Shown here: piece after piece, positions 1-13,015 of the stretch
Layout of the letters: every line of letters begins with the position of its first letter
How positions within the stretch are numbered: the first letter of the stretch is position 1
NCBI GenBank assembly: GCA_025201805.1
Contig: MU619283.1
Location: 1-64,000, forward strand
Direction of reading: 5' to 3'
Origin: Parasitella parasitica NRRL 2501
Lineage: Eukaryota > Fungi > Mucoromycota
DNA length: 64,000 nucleotides
Notes under the pieces: model-generated
What the model saw: only the letters and a program-made list of their open reading frames with translations
Told to the model about the DNA's origin: nothing
Databases searched by the model: none
Translations under genes and position numbers: made by a program

Positions 1-82
1 AAAAAGCATTAGTTACACAATCTCGGATATTACAGTAATGTGATACAAGCAATCATGACAAACAAAATAACCGTCAAAACAG

Positions 83-1450
83 GGACCTCAAGCCGGAAAA
101 TGTACTCATTGGTCGAGACGGCCATATCATCCTAACTGATTTTGGGTTATCCAAGGTTTTCACAGAAAAGGACGTGGATGAGTATAACGTACCTTGCACA
201 CAAACTTTCTGCGGAACAGCCGAATATCTGGCACCTGAGATCTTGCTGGGAGAGCCCTATACATTTGTCGTCGACTTTTGGAGTCTGGGTACGCTTTTGT
301 ATGAAATGTTGGCAGGCACAGTAAGTTCAATGAAAGGGGAGGAGGAAGAGGAGGAGGAGGAGTAGGGTGGGAGGGGGGGGGGAGGCGAGGATGTAAATTA
401 ATTTAAAAAAAATGGATATTCAACATTCAACCATGGTTATAGACACCATATTGGGCAAACACACATATGGAAATGTACAAAAGGGTGTTGGAGGACCCAC
501 TAGAATTCCCAAGCGATTTTGATCCTATCACTTGCAGCTTCCTGACAGGATTATTAGAAAAAGAAGCTTGCGAAAGACTTGGCTGGGGAGAAGATGGTAT
601 TAAAGAAATCAAGGCACACCCTTATTTCAGCTTTGTCCAAGATTGGAGTGACGTAGGACAACTCAAGCTTAGACCGCCCTTTGTACCATCTGTTCAAAAT
701 GATCAAGATTTGTCCAATTTCGACGAAATGTTTACCAATTTACCAGTCAAGATTAGTCAATCATCGCATTTATCTGCATGTGGAGACACTGGAGAGCTAA
801 AGCATGACCCTTTTGAGGGATTTTCATTTGATAATGTAGCACAGCAGACTATACCCCACCCTAATAACACGAATAATACCAATATTACTATACCACCTAT
901 CAGCAGCACTGGCAATCCAACATCGCTAGTTGGAATTCGAAAAAGACACAGTGCCGCACTCCTCTCGTTTACATCCTCGCCATCATCCAACAGCAACAGT
1001 CATCATTTATTCGAAGACGATAAAGTTATAAAGAAGAGGCAAACCAACATTTGCAGCCCACCAATCACAACCGAAAATGACGCAGAAGAAGATCAATCTA
1101 GCATCTATTCTAGGTCTTCATTGTCCTTTTCGTTTGCTGCACAAGAAACGACTACAGCCACTAGGGCCGGCAGCGAACTGAGCATTGACCCCCACACGCA
1201 ATGCTCAGTTACAACGCCTTACGAAAGACCGCATTGTCCTTTACCAGGCCAGCCCAGAGCAATCTTGCTCTCGGAAAGAGAAATGGTGGGTAGATCGTTA
1301 TCCCTCAGATCCAACTCTTCTACTTTGAACAACTCCAACTCAATTGGATCGTACCTAACACTAGAAAATGAGGTGGATAATGTTGCACAGCAGCTACATC
1401 ATCATCACCACCACCCGCAGCAGCAGCAGCAGCAGCATTTGCTCCTTTAA
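83..1450 (+). CDS. AGC-family Ser/Thr kinase (Ypk/Sgk/S6K-like), 5'-partial; exons 83-320 and 443-1450
   Basis: RDLKPEN, DFG and [12 protein letters not shown] motifs. GTAAGT..TAG intron 321-442. AGC C-terminal region PPFVP..NFDEMFT..FEGFSF, followed by a long Ser/Asn/His/Gln-rich tail. Confidence 0.92.
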
Positions 1451-1774
1451 AGAAGCGCAACAACCACATCAAGAACAATAGATGTAATATTTCATCCTCC
1501 TAATGGAATTTCATTATTTTGTGCTTCCTCAAGTAAATTAAACAACTGTTACACGATATTCCTTTCCTTTCTTTTTTCTATACAGATATTATTTTTACAT
1601 CAATCAAATAATAATAATTAAAAAAACCCCTCTAATTTCTTATAAAAGAAATCGCATCTTCTTGATTTCTTCCCTTCTTTTTCTCTTCCTCGTTTCTTTT
1701 CTTGTTTTGCTCGCCGAGTTGTAATATATATATATAAAAAAAAAAGAAAAAGAAAAAAGGAGCCTACAAAAAAC

Positions 1775-3595
1775 ATGTCTTTAAAGGTACCACAGCACAC
1801 ACCAGTACCAACACACTCATCAACAGCTAAACTAACCGTCTGTGTACTGATAGTATGAACTGGAGCAGTGGCAGGTTGCCTGTGCTGCTTTCGACATGAA
1901 AGATTTTGATGTATCTATCAAAACATTCATTGTAAGTATGCTCTGGAGTTTCAATTTTCAGGGGTGTGATATCACTAACAGCGTATTGATTAGGGAATAG
2001 CAGATACAGCAAAAATGCATTTTAATATTGGGCTGATATTTTCCATGGTTGACGATCATGATCATGCGGTAAGATACAACACACTGTACGATTGTAATCC
2101 ATATGCAAACTAAATAGTGTCATCCGTTTAGCTGGGCGCATATTCAAAAGCAATTATGCTGGACCCATATTTTGCTGTGGCTTACTTTCAACGAGGAGTA
2201 TCTCATTTCATTAGAAGCGACATGGAATCTGCAAGACGAGATTTCGATGAAGCACACCAGGTATTATAGTGGATTTATTTTTATCAAAAACGCACAAATT
2301 AATCAGCTCCCTAAACAATGAAAAAGAAACTTCGTGGCAATCAAATCATCAATTACCAACAGCTGGGCTTGAGCTTTCGGCTTTATGCTTGCGAAGTTTT
2401 ATTCAATAGAGGAATATGCCAACTGTATTTGGGTAAAATCGACGCTGGACTGACTGATTTGTACCATGCACAAAAGGCTCGAATGACGGAAGAACATGAT
2501 GTGATTGATCTGGCAGTAAAAGATAGAGGAAAAGGATATTCAGTGTTTTCAATTCCCCCATTTGTGATTTTCAGGCCTCCTGAAAATAGATTACGGCAAT
2601 TGAATGGCGTCGATATGTTTGCAATTGTTGATCAGTTAAACCCCACCAAGGCCCAGCAGTCTACTATTAAACAAGCTGCATTGACAACAGCAAATACAAC
2701 ATCCAGCAGCTCCGAGAAACGACCTAATTCAATTTTGCTCACTGAAAAAGCCAATAAATACAAACCAAAGCAGCCCTCACTGCTATCTTCTTCAGCGTCT
2801 TATACAATACCTGTCGCATCACCCCTGCCACAACAAAAGCAGCTGCCTCCCGTCCCAACGCCATCACGGACCACGTCAAGAGCAAGGACAAATTCAAATG
2901 TGGGCATGTATTGCTCTGACGATTCAGCAGCTTCTCTATGCTCTTCCAATAATCGATACCGTCAGGACGGTCGTCGTGTAGATAGTGGGTTTGAATCGAC
3001 ATTGGAAGACCAAAGATGTTCATCCTCATCATCAGTAGGAACAAATGGAGGCAAAAGTCTAGCCAAAAGCTTTAAATTACAGCCAACGAAAACACCACCA
3101 CCGGTTCCACCTATACCCAAAAAACATGAAGAAGACAATACCTATGGCGATTTCGATCTGAACTTGGAGAATGTGTACGGATCTCTCCATACAATGACAG
3201 TGCAAGAACGAGAAAAAGACCTCATTCGACAGCGATTAGCATCAGGAATCAGCAGCAAAGAAGAAATCCGTGTGCAAGCCTCAACATCAACATCGACTAT
3301 TGGATCAAACTACAGCAGCTGTAGTAATTACAGTGGCACCGGTGGGAAAATCAAAATAAAAGTTCATTATGTCGATACACGAGTCCTGGTGGTTTCAAAT
3401 CAGATTACGTTTGACGAATTAAAATCAAAGATTCAAGACAAATTCTGCGTACCTGCATGTATCCGGCTGCAGTATAAAGATGAAGATGACGAGATGGTTC
3501 TAATGATTGACGATGACGATCTGTTTATGGCTAGACAGATAAATAAAGTGTCGAATAAAGTCGAAAAGATAGAGATATGGTGCTCGCGCGTGTAA
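1775..3595 (+). CDS. noxR: NADPH oxidase regulator NoxR (p67phox-like; TPR + C-terminal PB1); exons 1775-1786, 1854-1931, 1994-2068, 2132-2260, 2327-3595
   Basis: Spliced N-terminus MSLKYELEQW..AKMHFNIG..DPYFAVAYFQRG..LRGNQIINYQQLGL..YACEVLFNRG is typical of NoxR. C-terminal KIKIKVHY..QYKDEDDEMVLMIDDDDL is a PB1 OPCA motif. Confidence 0.92.
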
Positions 3596-3797
3596 TTAAT
3601 TATAATGTATTTATAAGTAGAATAGAAACCTTATGTAATAAAAAGGATTGCCAACAACAAGTTTACATGTCGCGTTACACCAGGGCAAGAGCTGCAATGA
3701 TATGGGTAACATATGCGCTTACATTGGCAGTTTTGTGTATGTGACAAGTATTTATTGATTACAGAATATATATTACAGAGCGGTTGGGCGATAAAGT

Positions 3798-4313
3798 TTA
3801 GTTGTAATTGCCGGGGACAATTCTTTGGCATCCGTAAGTGGAGAGACCCAATTTACAATCGGATTGGTTCTTGCAGCAACGGATACAGAAAGTGTTGGAG
3901 TCAGGCTCAATCAAGTTTACAAAGTACTTGTAACCATTACAGGTAGTAGAGGCAACATCCTTGTTATCGTATTGTCCACCCCCGTCAGATGACTTGAGGC
4001 TATACTTTGTATGGTCAATTCTGCCAGTGATTTGTTGATAAGAGGATGTGCTGGCGTAGTGAGCAGACTGGATGAAGCCAGAAGGAAAGACCTTGCCACC
4101 CAGGCTCGAACTGGTACACATAGGAATGCCATCATCTTCCGTGGCACCAACATCATCTCCTGGATGGGGAGGCATGAAAGAACAAAAGGCACTTTCAGAC
4201 TTGACCTGGATTTGATATTTAGGAGCACGTCTTTCCATCGGCAACGCATGAGACAGGATGGCAAAAGCGGCCATGAAAAAAAAGATAAAGGAAACTGCAG
4301 CCGTAGATTTCAT
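3798..4313 (-). CDS. small secreted Cys-rich protein, MP88/macrophage-activating-glycoprotein-like domain
   Basis: Hydrophobic signal peptide MKSTAAVSFIFFFMAAFAILSHA and dibasic RR site. Motifs FCSFMPP..GDDVG, GFIQSAHY, QITG, DGGGQYD, VNLIEP..FCIRCC. Single exon. Confidence 0.8.
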   Translation of the reverse strand: MKSTAAVSFIFFFMAAFAILSHALPMERRAPKYQIQVKSESAFCSFMPPHPGDDVGATEDDGIPMCTSSSLGGKVFPSGFIQSAHYASTSSYQQITGRIDHTKYSLKSSDGGGQYDNKDVASTTCNGYKYFVNLIEPDSNTFCIRCCKNQSDCKLGLSTYGCQRIVPGNYN

Positions 4314-5758
4314 TGTTTTGTATATATTCTTGAGTAGCTCGAGTAGCTTGATTTGATAGAGAAAATTGGACAAACAATCAAAATCAGAGCCCTTTTATAC
4401 ATGTCAAATTTTGTTGTATCACTATTGAATTCTCTAAATTTGGAAATACCATATACAAAAACACCCATTCAGACAGTGTCTGCCAAGATGTTGGACCATA
4501 ATGAAGGTTTTTTTTTATTCAGCCCTACCTGATGTTTCAAACAAAATGCGAACTATACGCAAACAGGCTTATAGACTATATTTAGTAAATATATACGTTT
4601 GTATCTTCTTATTTTTGCGACATTGGGAAAATCGAATGACATTATAATGCTGTAAAATTAGCCGCTTGTATCTTGATACGTCAGGTTTCTTGATATAAAA
4701 AGCTCGCCAAGAAAAGGAAATAAATATATGCCAAATCAAATCATGACAGGGCTGAATACCTTTTTTTTTTTTTTTTTTTTTACATAGAAATATACTTTTT
4801 TGACCAAACAAAGTCATTCCTATTGTTTACTGTTACATGAAGAGCTACTCAGGCCCTTTATCTTGTGTGTGGCTGACATTTTCAAGATCAACTTCTGAAA
4901 AAGACCCTTGGCATCATCATTTAGCCATAGACTAAATTTAAATATAATATCCTAAAGACGTATATTAAACCAGAGTTTAATGCATGATATTCTGTGCATA
5001 CTATGTAATAGTTGCGGCCGTCGTCCTACGCTTATGATCACAAATAAAACCTTTATTTGTATTCTTCATGTAACATTGTGCAGAAGTAGACACGTCAAAT
5101 GCTATTTCAAAGTAACATTTATGGCAAAGAGTTATTTTAAGCGAGTCTATTAATGTTCAAGCATTACAGGCTTGATACTATATGTGTTGATCAAACCACC
5201 TCAACATGGTCAATACAAAAAAAAAATCAGCATAAAAAAAAATACAAGCCTCATGTGTTCTTTTGACCTCTTCAGCGATTTTTTATATTCAGGCCGAGTG
5301 ATTAAATCTGAAAAACCTCGGCAACGACGATTGTATTGTCTCTTACGTGGGATGGTAAGGGTACTTGAGCTCACATTAGGGCTCAGGAATCTTTGTTTAA
5401 TACACATTAAACATCAGTATAGCAGATCAACTAACTCGAAAGGATCAGTTTCGTTACACTAAATCAAATTAGAAATGCCTGTCTGAGAGGTGAACTCAGT
5501 ATTTTAGATTCTTTGAATTTCGTATTTAAATTCCTATAGTTGAAGTTGAAAAATACGCCTCTACATATACATTTGCAATGATTTCTGAGCCTTATGGCTT
5601 GAATGTTTAATTTGTGGCTTTAAACGATCAAAAAGTGTATAGGTTATCCAACGCAATGAATATTTCCGTATTGTGAAAAGCATTAAAATAATAAGGGTAT
5701 TTTTTTTAATGAATAAATACAATAGACTACAAGTAATAAAAGTACAGTTTTGAAATGT

Positions 5759-7606
5759 TCAAATAACCCAAAAGTTGCCAATATTTAACTCTTGAAGACT
5801 TTGACACTGGATAGATACAAACGGGCCAGCAGGTCTATCGTTGGGGTTTACATGAGATGTATATTTTGTAGGCCTGTTTGTTTCCATTGGCTTCTGTTCA
5901 TAGTTGAAAGTCAAGCTGTCTGCGTACTTTTCGTAATCTGTCAATTCGTACAGGCGGTGGCAATGATTACTGTTTTTTTTCTTTGCGTCCAAAAGTGAAA
6001 CATCAAATAAACGAATATCACCAGGGACCGTAGCATGGTGATAGCGAGTGGGCGGTCGTAAATGGCTAATGCTGATCATTTCGAATGCATGATTCGGCAT
6101 ATCCACCTTGACTTGCATTTGAGAGCATTCTCCTATAAGTGCACAAGAACCAATTTCGAGTTTTGCTAGCTTGGGGCAGCGGATAGATAAATATTCGAAA
6201 AGTTCGTTACGGAAGGAGCCATTTTCCACAACAAGATGATTGAGTTCCGGTCCGACAAACGAGGGATTGTTCAACAGGGCTTCTCGGGCAATGTCAGTAG
6301 AGGACAACAGAGCAGCCTGAGTGCCGTCCAATTTCAAGTAGGAAAGTTTTGGACAGCATTTGAGTAGCATGTCCATAGGGACAGGAGAGTTTTTTATACC
6401 AGAAAAGCGCATTGAAAACACAAGACAAGAGAGACGTTCACTGCATTGGCCAATGGTGGTGATGGTTTCCTCCATAGTTTCTTGAATACAAAGTGAAGGC
6501 CACCCCCAAAGAGTCAAGCTGGAGACATTTTGTCGAGATTCGCCCAGATATTGGAGCAGGTCAATGGTATTATCAGTCATGTCGCCCAGCGCAATACTTT
6601 CTAACTGGGTGCCCATGCTGTCAAGGGCTTCAAATACCCAATGATTCATGGTAATGTTCAAGAACTTTGCAGACTTGAGAGAACGGCAAGTCATACCTAA
6701 ACTTGCTAGAGCGCCATACCTCTCTTCTAACTCATTGGCGTTTGGAGGAATACGATGCGGTGTATCCACAGAGTATTCGCACCAGAGTTCCAGATTTTCA
6801 ATAAACCTGTATTTGTTGGCAAAATAATACAACCATTCGTAGCTGTCATACAGATCACTGCCATTCTGGTATTCAAACGTACGCATAAATTTGGCAGGTT
6901 GGCATGGATACGTAGCCACAGCTCTCTTTTCTTCGACCGTAGACCCAATAGACTCCAAACAGACATTCACGAGTCGAAGCTTTTGCAGATGAGGACAAGC
7001 TTGATGGATAGTTTCTATTTCGGAAAGTGATAGGGTCACGGAATCAAGTGATAGGTTTATAAGGTCAGTAGCTTTGTGCAAACCAGCAAAAAAGTTAGTC
7101 TTTGAGTCTTGATCGTTGTCTTTAAACCGGATTGATAAATGAGTGAGTGAGGAGAGAGGCGATGAGGGTGATCTCAGCAAGTAATTGGTCACCGTCAAGT
7201 CCTGAAGCTCAGTTAAACGACGAAGATGGGACCATGGCGCAAATGACAAGTATTCTACTTTTTGCTCTCCAACTGTGCTATCCATCGATTTGCCATTAAA
7301 CGATAGAGCAATAAGATTTGGACATAGCATGGGCAATGTATTGAGTTCCTGTGCTGTCATGTATACATCTTCCACTGACAGTCTTCTCACATAATGGCCA
7401 GCAAATCCAGGTTCCAGTGATTGATATAATTGGCTGAACTGTCTTCTTCCTCTTACATGGATATGTCTGTATTGAGATGGCGTAAACAGCCTCCTCCAGG
7501 AACGACACACGGACTGGCAAATTCCTTTTTGCTTTGTCGTAAGATAACAAGCTACATTGTCAAAAATTTCCAAAGGATAATAATCGTATGCAAGTTGGCT
7601 GTTCAT
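5759..7606 (-). CDS. F-box protein with LRR/RNI-like repeats
   Basis: 615-aa ORF. N-terminal YPLEIFDNVACYL..CQSVCRSWRRL F-box; repeated CPxLxxL motifs. Confidence 0.88.
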   Translation of the reverse strand: MNSQLAYDYYPLEIFDNVACYLTTKQKGICQSVCRSWRRLFTPSQYRHIHVRGRRQFSQLYQSLEPGFAGHYVRRLSVEDVYMTAQELNTLPMLCPNLIALSFNGKSMDSTVGEQKVEYLSFAPWSHLRRLTELQDLTVTNYLLRSPSSPLSSLTHLSIRFKDNDQDSKTNFFAGLHKATDLINLSLDSVTLSLSEIETIHQACPHLQKLRLVNVCLESIGSTVEEKRAVATYPCQPAKFMRTFEYQNGSDLYDSYEWLYYFANKYRFIENLELWCEYSVDTPHRIPPNANELEERYGALASLGMTCRSLKSAKFLNITMNHWVFEALDSMGTQLESIALGDMTDNTIDLLQYLGESRQNVSSLTLWGWPSLCIQETMEETITTIGQCSERLSCLVFSMRFSGIKNSPVPMDMLLKCCPKLSYLKLDGTQAALLSSTDIAREALLNNPSFVGPELNHLVVENGSFRNELFEYLSIRCPKLAKLEIGSCALIGECSQMQVKVDMPNHAFEMISISHLRPPTRYHHATVPGDIRLFDVSLLDAKKKNSNHCHRLYELTDYEKYADSLTFNYEQKPMETNRPTKYTSHVNPNDRPAGPFVSIQCQSLQELNIGNFWVI

Positions 7607-7835
7607 TTTTTTTTTTTATAAGACAAAAAGGGAGGTGTAAAGGTTTACTCTATGTTTATATAGCTTTTTGGGTACCACATTTGCATGAACCTATTAGAGT
7701 TCAGATGCGGGGGGAAAATGATGTATCTGGAGGGCTCTATAATTTGACTCATTTGACCTGGAAACCTTATATTGTCCAATTGAATGGGAAAAGCCCTCCC
7801 ATAGGTCCCCCACATTATATCATCATCATTATCAT

Positions 7836-9592
7836 CTATACACCTTGGTTTTTCCGAGAAGCACCATTTATCCTGAGATGAGGGAACAATACACCATCAA
7901 TTTTGCCCAAAGGTCGTTCGCCCAAATCCATCTCGATAGCATTTTTAAAGAGTCTGTTTTCTTTGGATACACCTAGGCGAGTCAGGAGATGGTTCATTTT
8001 GGTAGGCATGACAGGCTGCAATAAAATGCCAGCCACACGGCAAGCTTCTAATGAGTAATACAGAACAGTGTCCAGGCGCTCCTTGTCTTGCGGCTGTTTA
8101 GCCATTTTCCATGGTTCATTTTCTGCAAAATGCTTATTTGCCTATCAAATGGAGGTTGGACGTTTTCCATCATTCCACATGAAATTTTCCATTTCTTTTA
8201 CCTGGGATATCATATCGAAAATACATGTATAGGCCTTGCGAAAATCTCTATCTTCAAAGGCTTGGTTGTAGTTTTCTGTGATCTGGTTAGTGTATAACTC
8301 TTTTTTTTTTTTTTTTTTTTTTTTTNNNNNNNNNNTACACTCTTAAATATTCCTAACCTGCAGTCTCGCTAATTTGATGGTGTAACATTTGATCCCTGGG
8401 ATCAATTGATTGATTTTTTCCAGGAACACTGCCACTAGGGAGTAGCGATGCTGCTGTTGCTCTACTCAGCAAGTTTCCAAGCTGGTCAGCCAAGTCTTTT
8501 TTATATCTAGTTTGAATCCTCTCCTCCGAGTAATCTGTGCAAAAATTGGGCAGTGAGTTTTTGATCTAGTGTCTTGTGTGCAATCTACCTCCGTCGTCAG
8601 TCAAACCACCATCCCTCACAAGGTAATAGCGAACTGTATCCACTCCATAGTCCTTCATCACTTGGAATGGATCAGCTACATTCCCACGGCTCTTGGACAT
8701 CTTTTGTTTACCCATAGTCCAATGAGCATGGGCTAGGATTTGCTTGGGCAATGGGAGGCCTGCAGCCATTAAAAATGCTGGCCAATATATGGCATGGAAT
8801 CTGCGCTATTTGATTAGCTTGGGCTATTTTTCTCGCAGGGTATAATTTGAAAGTCTGACCTGATAATATCTTTGCCAACTACTTGAACGTCAGGTGGGAA
8901 AAATTCCTTCAGAGTAGAGTCTGTTGTCCATGGATACCCAGTAGCAGTCAGATAGTTGGCAAGTGCGTCTAGCCAGACGTAGATGGTATGATCAGCATCG
9001 TTAGGCACTTGGATACCCCAATCAAGACGGGATCTTAATCTTGACACAGATAAATCGGACAGGCCCTGCTTTACCAAAGAAACTACTTCGTTTTTACGGC
9101 TGTTTGGTACAATTGCACTGGGATTTTCGTCTATCCATTGCAGAATGCGATCACCAAATGCCGATAATTTGAATTTGTAATTTTCTTCCGAAGTCCATTC
9201 AACTCGTTGTCCAGATTCCGTCGCTAACATGATCATTGCTCCGGTCTTTTCATCAATCGACTCGTGTACTTGGTTGTTGGCGTAAAATGCCTCGTCAGAT
9301 ACCGCATACCATCCTTCATGTTTCCCTTTATACAAGTAGCCGTTTTTCAATAATTGATCCTGCCCGACTTGGTGTTAATATCATTTGTGCAGAGGCTTCC
9401 TTTGTGTGCACATTTTACCCATAATTCATTCACTGCTTTGGCGTGCTGTTTACTGGTAGTGCGCTCGAAGCTGCTGTATTCGATATTGGCAGCCTCACAT
9501 AAATTCTTGAAACTTTGAGATACTTTGTCACAAAAATCAATTGGCTTCATGTTGGTCTTTTCAGCAGCTTGCTGAATCTTTGTGTATTTTTA

Positions 9593-9635
<43 letters not shown>

Positions 9636-9975
9636 NNNNNNNNNNNNNNNNNNNNNNNNNNNNNNNNNNNNNNNNNNNNNNNNNNNNNNNNGTGCCAGTT
9701 GACATGAGAACTTGCTTCCCATGCAGTGCATAATTACGACGGATAGTGTCTGCTAAAACTGTTGAATAAAGATGGCCAATGTGCGGAACTACATCAAAAC
9801 GACAAAGTTGGGACCATCAATAGGTGAGCAAATCTTTTCTTTTCTTACCGGCATTTACATAATAGATGGGAGTAGTTACAAATGCTTTGGTATGCTCAGC
9901 ACGTTTGGCCACAAGACTGCAATTGAATTGGTATGATGCTTGCTTTGATATTTTGAAAATGCTTGCAAGACGCAT
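7836..9975 (-). CDS. MSM1: mitochondrial methionyl-tRNA synthetase (multi-exon; two N-gaps fall within the gene)
   Basis: TTPIYYVNA|VPHIGH, YVWLDAL, GKDII and KMSKS motifs; basic presequence [11 protein letters not shown]. Confidence 0.93.
8326..8335. other. assembly gap (N) after poly-T
   Basis: Run of n following a homopolymer. Confidence 0.98.
9636..9691. other. assembly gap (N) after poly-T
   Basis: Run of n following a ~40-nt T homopolymer. Confidence 0.98.
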
Positions 9976-10554
9976 GATTTGACCTACTTGACAGGAAAAA
10001 AAAGTGATAAGGGACCCCGAACTACGAGGCAAGGTTTTTGGGAAAGGGAAACGGAAACGGAATTTGAACACAAGACCTCATTCAATGCAACCAAAAGTGT
10101 TGAAGTTCAAGAGCTTTCAGAAACGATGCCATGTTCGTATACGCTTAGCGAATGAGCCGGATATCTTGACTCTTGTTTAGGTGCGCTGCTGGTTCCGTAG
10201 AATTCGCTGACACTAATGTGCTGATTTTATCAATAAAACTACATTGGTTTTAGCGGGTAGCGGGTGGGTGGGTGGATCGAGATTTCACGTCAGGAACGCG
10301 TTGTCATTTGCTTTTCGAATGATGGAATTGCAATCCGTACGTGGTGGCAATTAATTCTCGGCTTCCAAAGAGGTGGCTGTTTTGATGACAGTATCAAGGA
10401 CCTGATCATTAGGAAACACCACACTTGGTTGCAGTTGTCATTGCTGTAACCATGGTGCTACAACGTCACCTACACTCCTTCTTTTTTATTTTTATTTTTA
10501 TGAACGTTCAAACAAACAAACGGCTGTTCTCTCCCTTTTGCAAAGAATTAAAAA

Positions 10555-13015
10555 ATGAGACTTCCTCTGATACCGTTATCGCCTTATATCCATACATCTT
10601 GTGAATACGCAAAAATTTTGGCGCAAACTACAAAATCACTGTCTGAAGAAGAAAATGCTGGTATCAAGACACTGCTGCAGAAGAACCTCCACAAAGAGCG
10701 AGAAAAGCTAGACAGGCTTACGGAAAACATGCAAACCATACAAGCGTCGTGTCTTTTAGACTTCAACATTTACGACATAGCAAAAGAAATTGCCTATATC
10801 AATTGCAGCTTATTCCGCATGGTTACGTTGGACAAAAATTGGCTGTGCATCTTTGACAAGCAATCCAACATGGTACCTTTATTGGATTTCCATCGCTACT
10901 TGTCTCACGCATTCGCACATCAAATCATCTATGGCGATGCAAAGAAGAAATCAGTGATCCAGCTGATTCATCTGGCCTATATCCTATTGCATGTGTATCG
11001 TGATTTTTCCGGATGCACTGCTATTCTCACTAGTTTGCATATGCCAGAGGTGAGGCGCTTGCAGAGCATGTGGGAGCCGTGTCCACCCAAACTGATACAA
11101 GTGTATGAAGACATTGTCGCCATGCTTTCACCAGCTAATAATTACGAGGCATACCATCATCAACTGTGGGTGCACACCAATCGCTTCCTTAACGTCACAC
11201 CGAGCAAATCCCAAATGATTGCAATCCCTTTCATGCAGGCGCATCTTGCTACAATACAACAGCTGGTTCAGACGCATGCATCTGTCCAAGCAGCAGTAGA
11301 TGTAGTGCTTTCAAGCGCAGGACAGTCGTTACTAGCTTCCACTGTAGACCTGCTTGAATTTTGTCAGCAGTTTTCAAAGATTGACCCTTCAGCCCTGGAG
11401 AAATATTCCTCGCCACCCGCACCAGCAACTGTCGGTCGAAGACTGTCCTTTCAAAGCAGCGCTAGCAGCAGCAATAGACGTTCTAGCATGCTGGGTAGCA
11501 AAGCAATCAAACTATCGACGACTCCATGCTTGGACCTTGATCATTTGAGAAGCAACGCCAAAGTCTATCATTGGATTGTGTCTCGTGCTTACTTGACAAG
11601 GTCCCAGCTGCATTCTGAAAGCCTACATGTCGAGCCACTAGCTGTGGGCGAAAATCAATTGGAAATTGAAGAAGAGAATGATTTGTATTGGGTTTTCTTT
11701 CACAAGGATTTTGCGGTGAAAGATGCTGCTACTGAGGCATTGAAAAAGGACCCTCCGGTGAAGCCTTCCAGAAGCCCCAAAATAATGCTGATCAACAAAC
11801 AAGACCCAGTGCAAGAAACGGTGGATAAGTTGGATGTTGTAGACAATAGCGAGCACACTGCAAACAAAATTGCTCCTCCGCTTGGCCCTGTTGTCAAGGC
11901 AGACGATGCAGCGCGTAAGTGTCTTGAGAAGGAGCCACAAGACGTGAACGTTTGCAAGTGACTTACCATATAAATACGTAGATCCTGAACAAGAGGCTGT
12001 CGCTGAAGAGCCAACTACATCTAGCAGCAAAGATGATCCAGTAGCAGATGACACAGTTCATCCACCCCCCATTGAAGAGATTGATGACGGACCAAGCACT
12101 TTGGACAACCAAACATCGGAAATAAGTGACGAGCCGCAACAGCAGCCAAATGAAGAAAACCGCGTGGAGTCAGAAGAGGAGGCAATCAAACAAACTTCTG
12201 GAAAAGAGCCTGTAAATGCTCAAGATGTCCAAGATGTCCAAGAAAAACAAAGTATTGAGCTGCCACCACCACAAACATCATCATCATCATCAAAATCATC
12301 AAAATCATCAAAATCATCAAAATCTTCAAAATCTTCAAAATCTTCAAAATCACCAAAATCATCAAAATCACCAAATACGCCCCATGTTGACTCTCAAGAA
12401 GAGGGCGGTAAAAAACCTAGCAGCATTGATGAAAACGACGATGATGAAGACGACCTTGTCATATTAACAGAAGAAGATGAGGAAAAATGGACTGGCTACC
12501 CTTTCAAAAGAACACCATCTCAGACATCCTCAGAGATAGGGGAAGAAGAAAAATGGACAGGCTATCCCATTCCAAAGGAGGAAGAGGATGAGGAGGAGGT
12601 TTGGAAAGGATACCCTATTCCTTCAAGTGAGGATGACGACAAGCTGCAACAACGGCATCTTCAGCGTAACGACAAAAGTGACGATGATAAGGCGCAAGAA
12701 AGTCCTGTAGTAGTCTCATTACCATCTACGCCATCGGAAGAAGGAGAATGGAAAGGATATCAAAAGACAGCTCAAGACGAACAGCAGCAACAGCAAGAGC
12801 AGCAAGTGGCTGCAGTAGTAGATACAGAGGCTGCTACTTGCGATGTCAAAGGCCCATACATCTCTGTGTGGAATGGTAATATTGGTGCAAGTAGGAGTAA
12901 TCAATCTCATATCGTTGACGACGCTGCAGCGATTCGAATGCAATATTCTGTCTCGACTACGGACACAAATAGCCAACCATTACCGTTTCCCGTTGCTCCT
13001 TCTTCGTCCACATAA
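10555..13015 (+). CDS. RasGEF (CDC25-like) domain protein with long acidic low-complexity tail; intron 11915-11981
   Basis: IAKEIAYINCSLF..DFSGCTAILTSL..VRRLQSMW..NNYEAY..IPFM..SLHVEP resembles a RasGEF catalytic domain. GTAAGT at 11915 and TAG at 11981 join ORFs 10555 and 12101 in frame. Confidence 0.78.
12290..12372 (+). repeat. coding 9-bp tandem repeat (TCAAAATCA/T) encoding (SSK)n
   Basis: About 9 visible units; protein SSKSSKSSK..SPKSSKSP. Confidence 0.9.
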
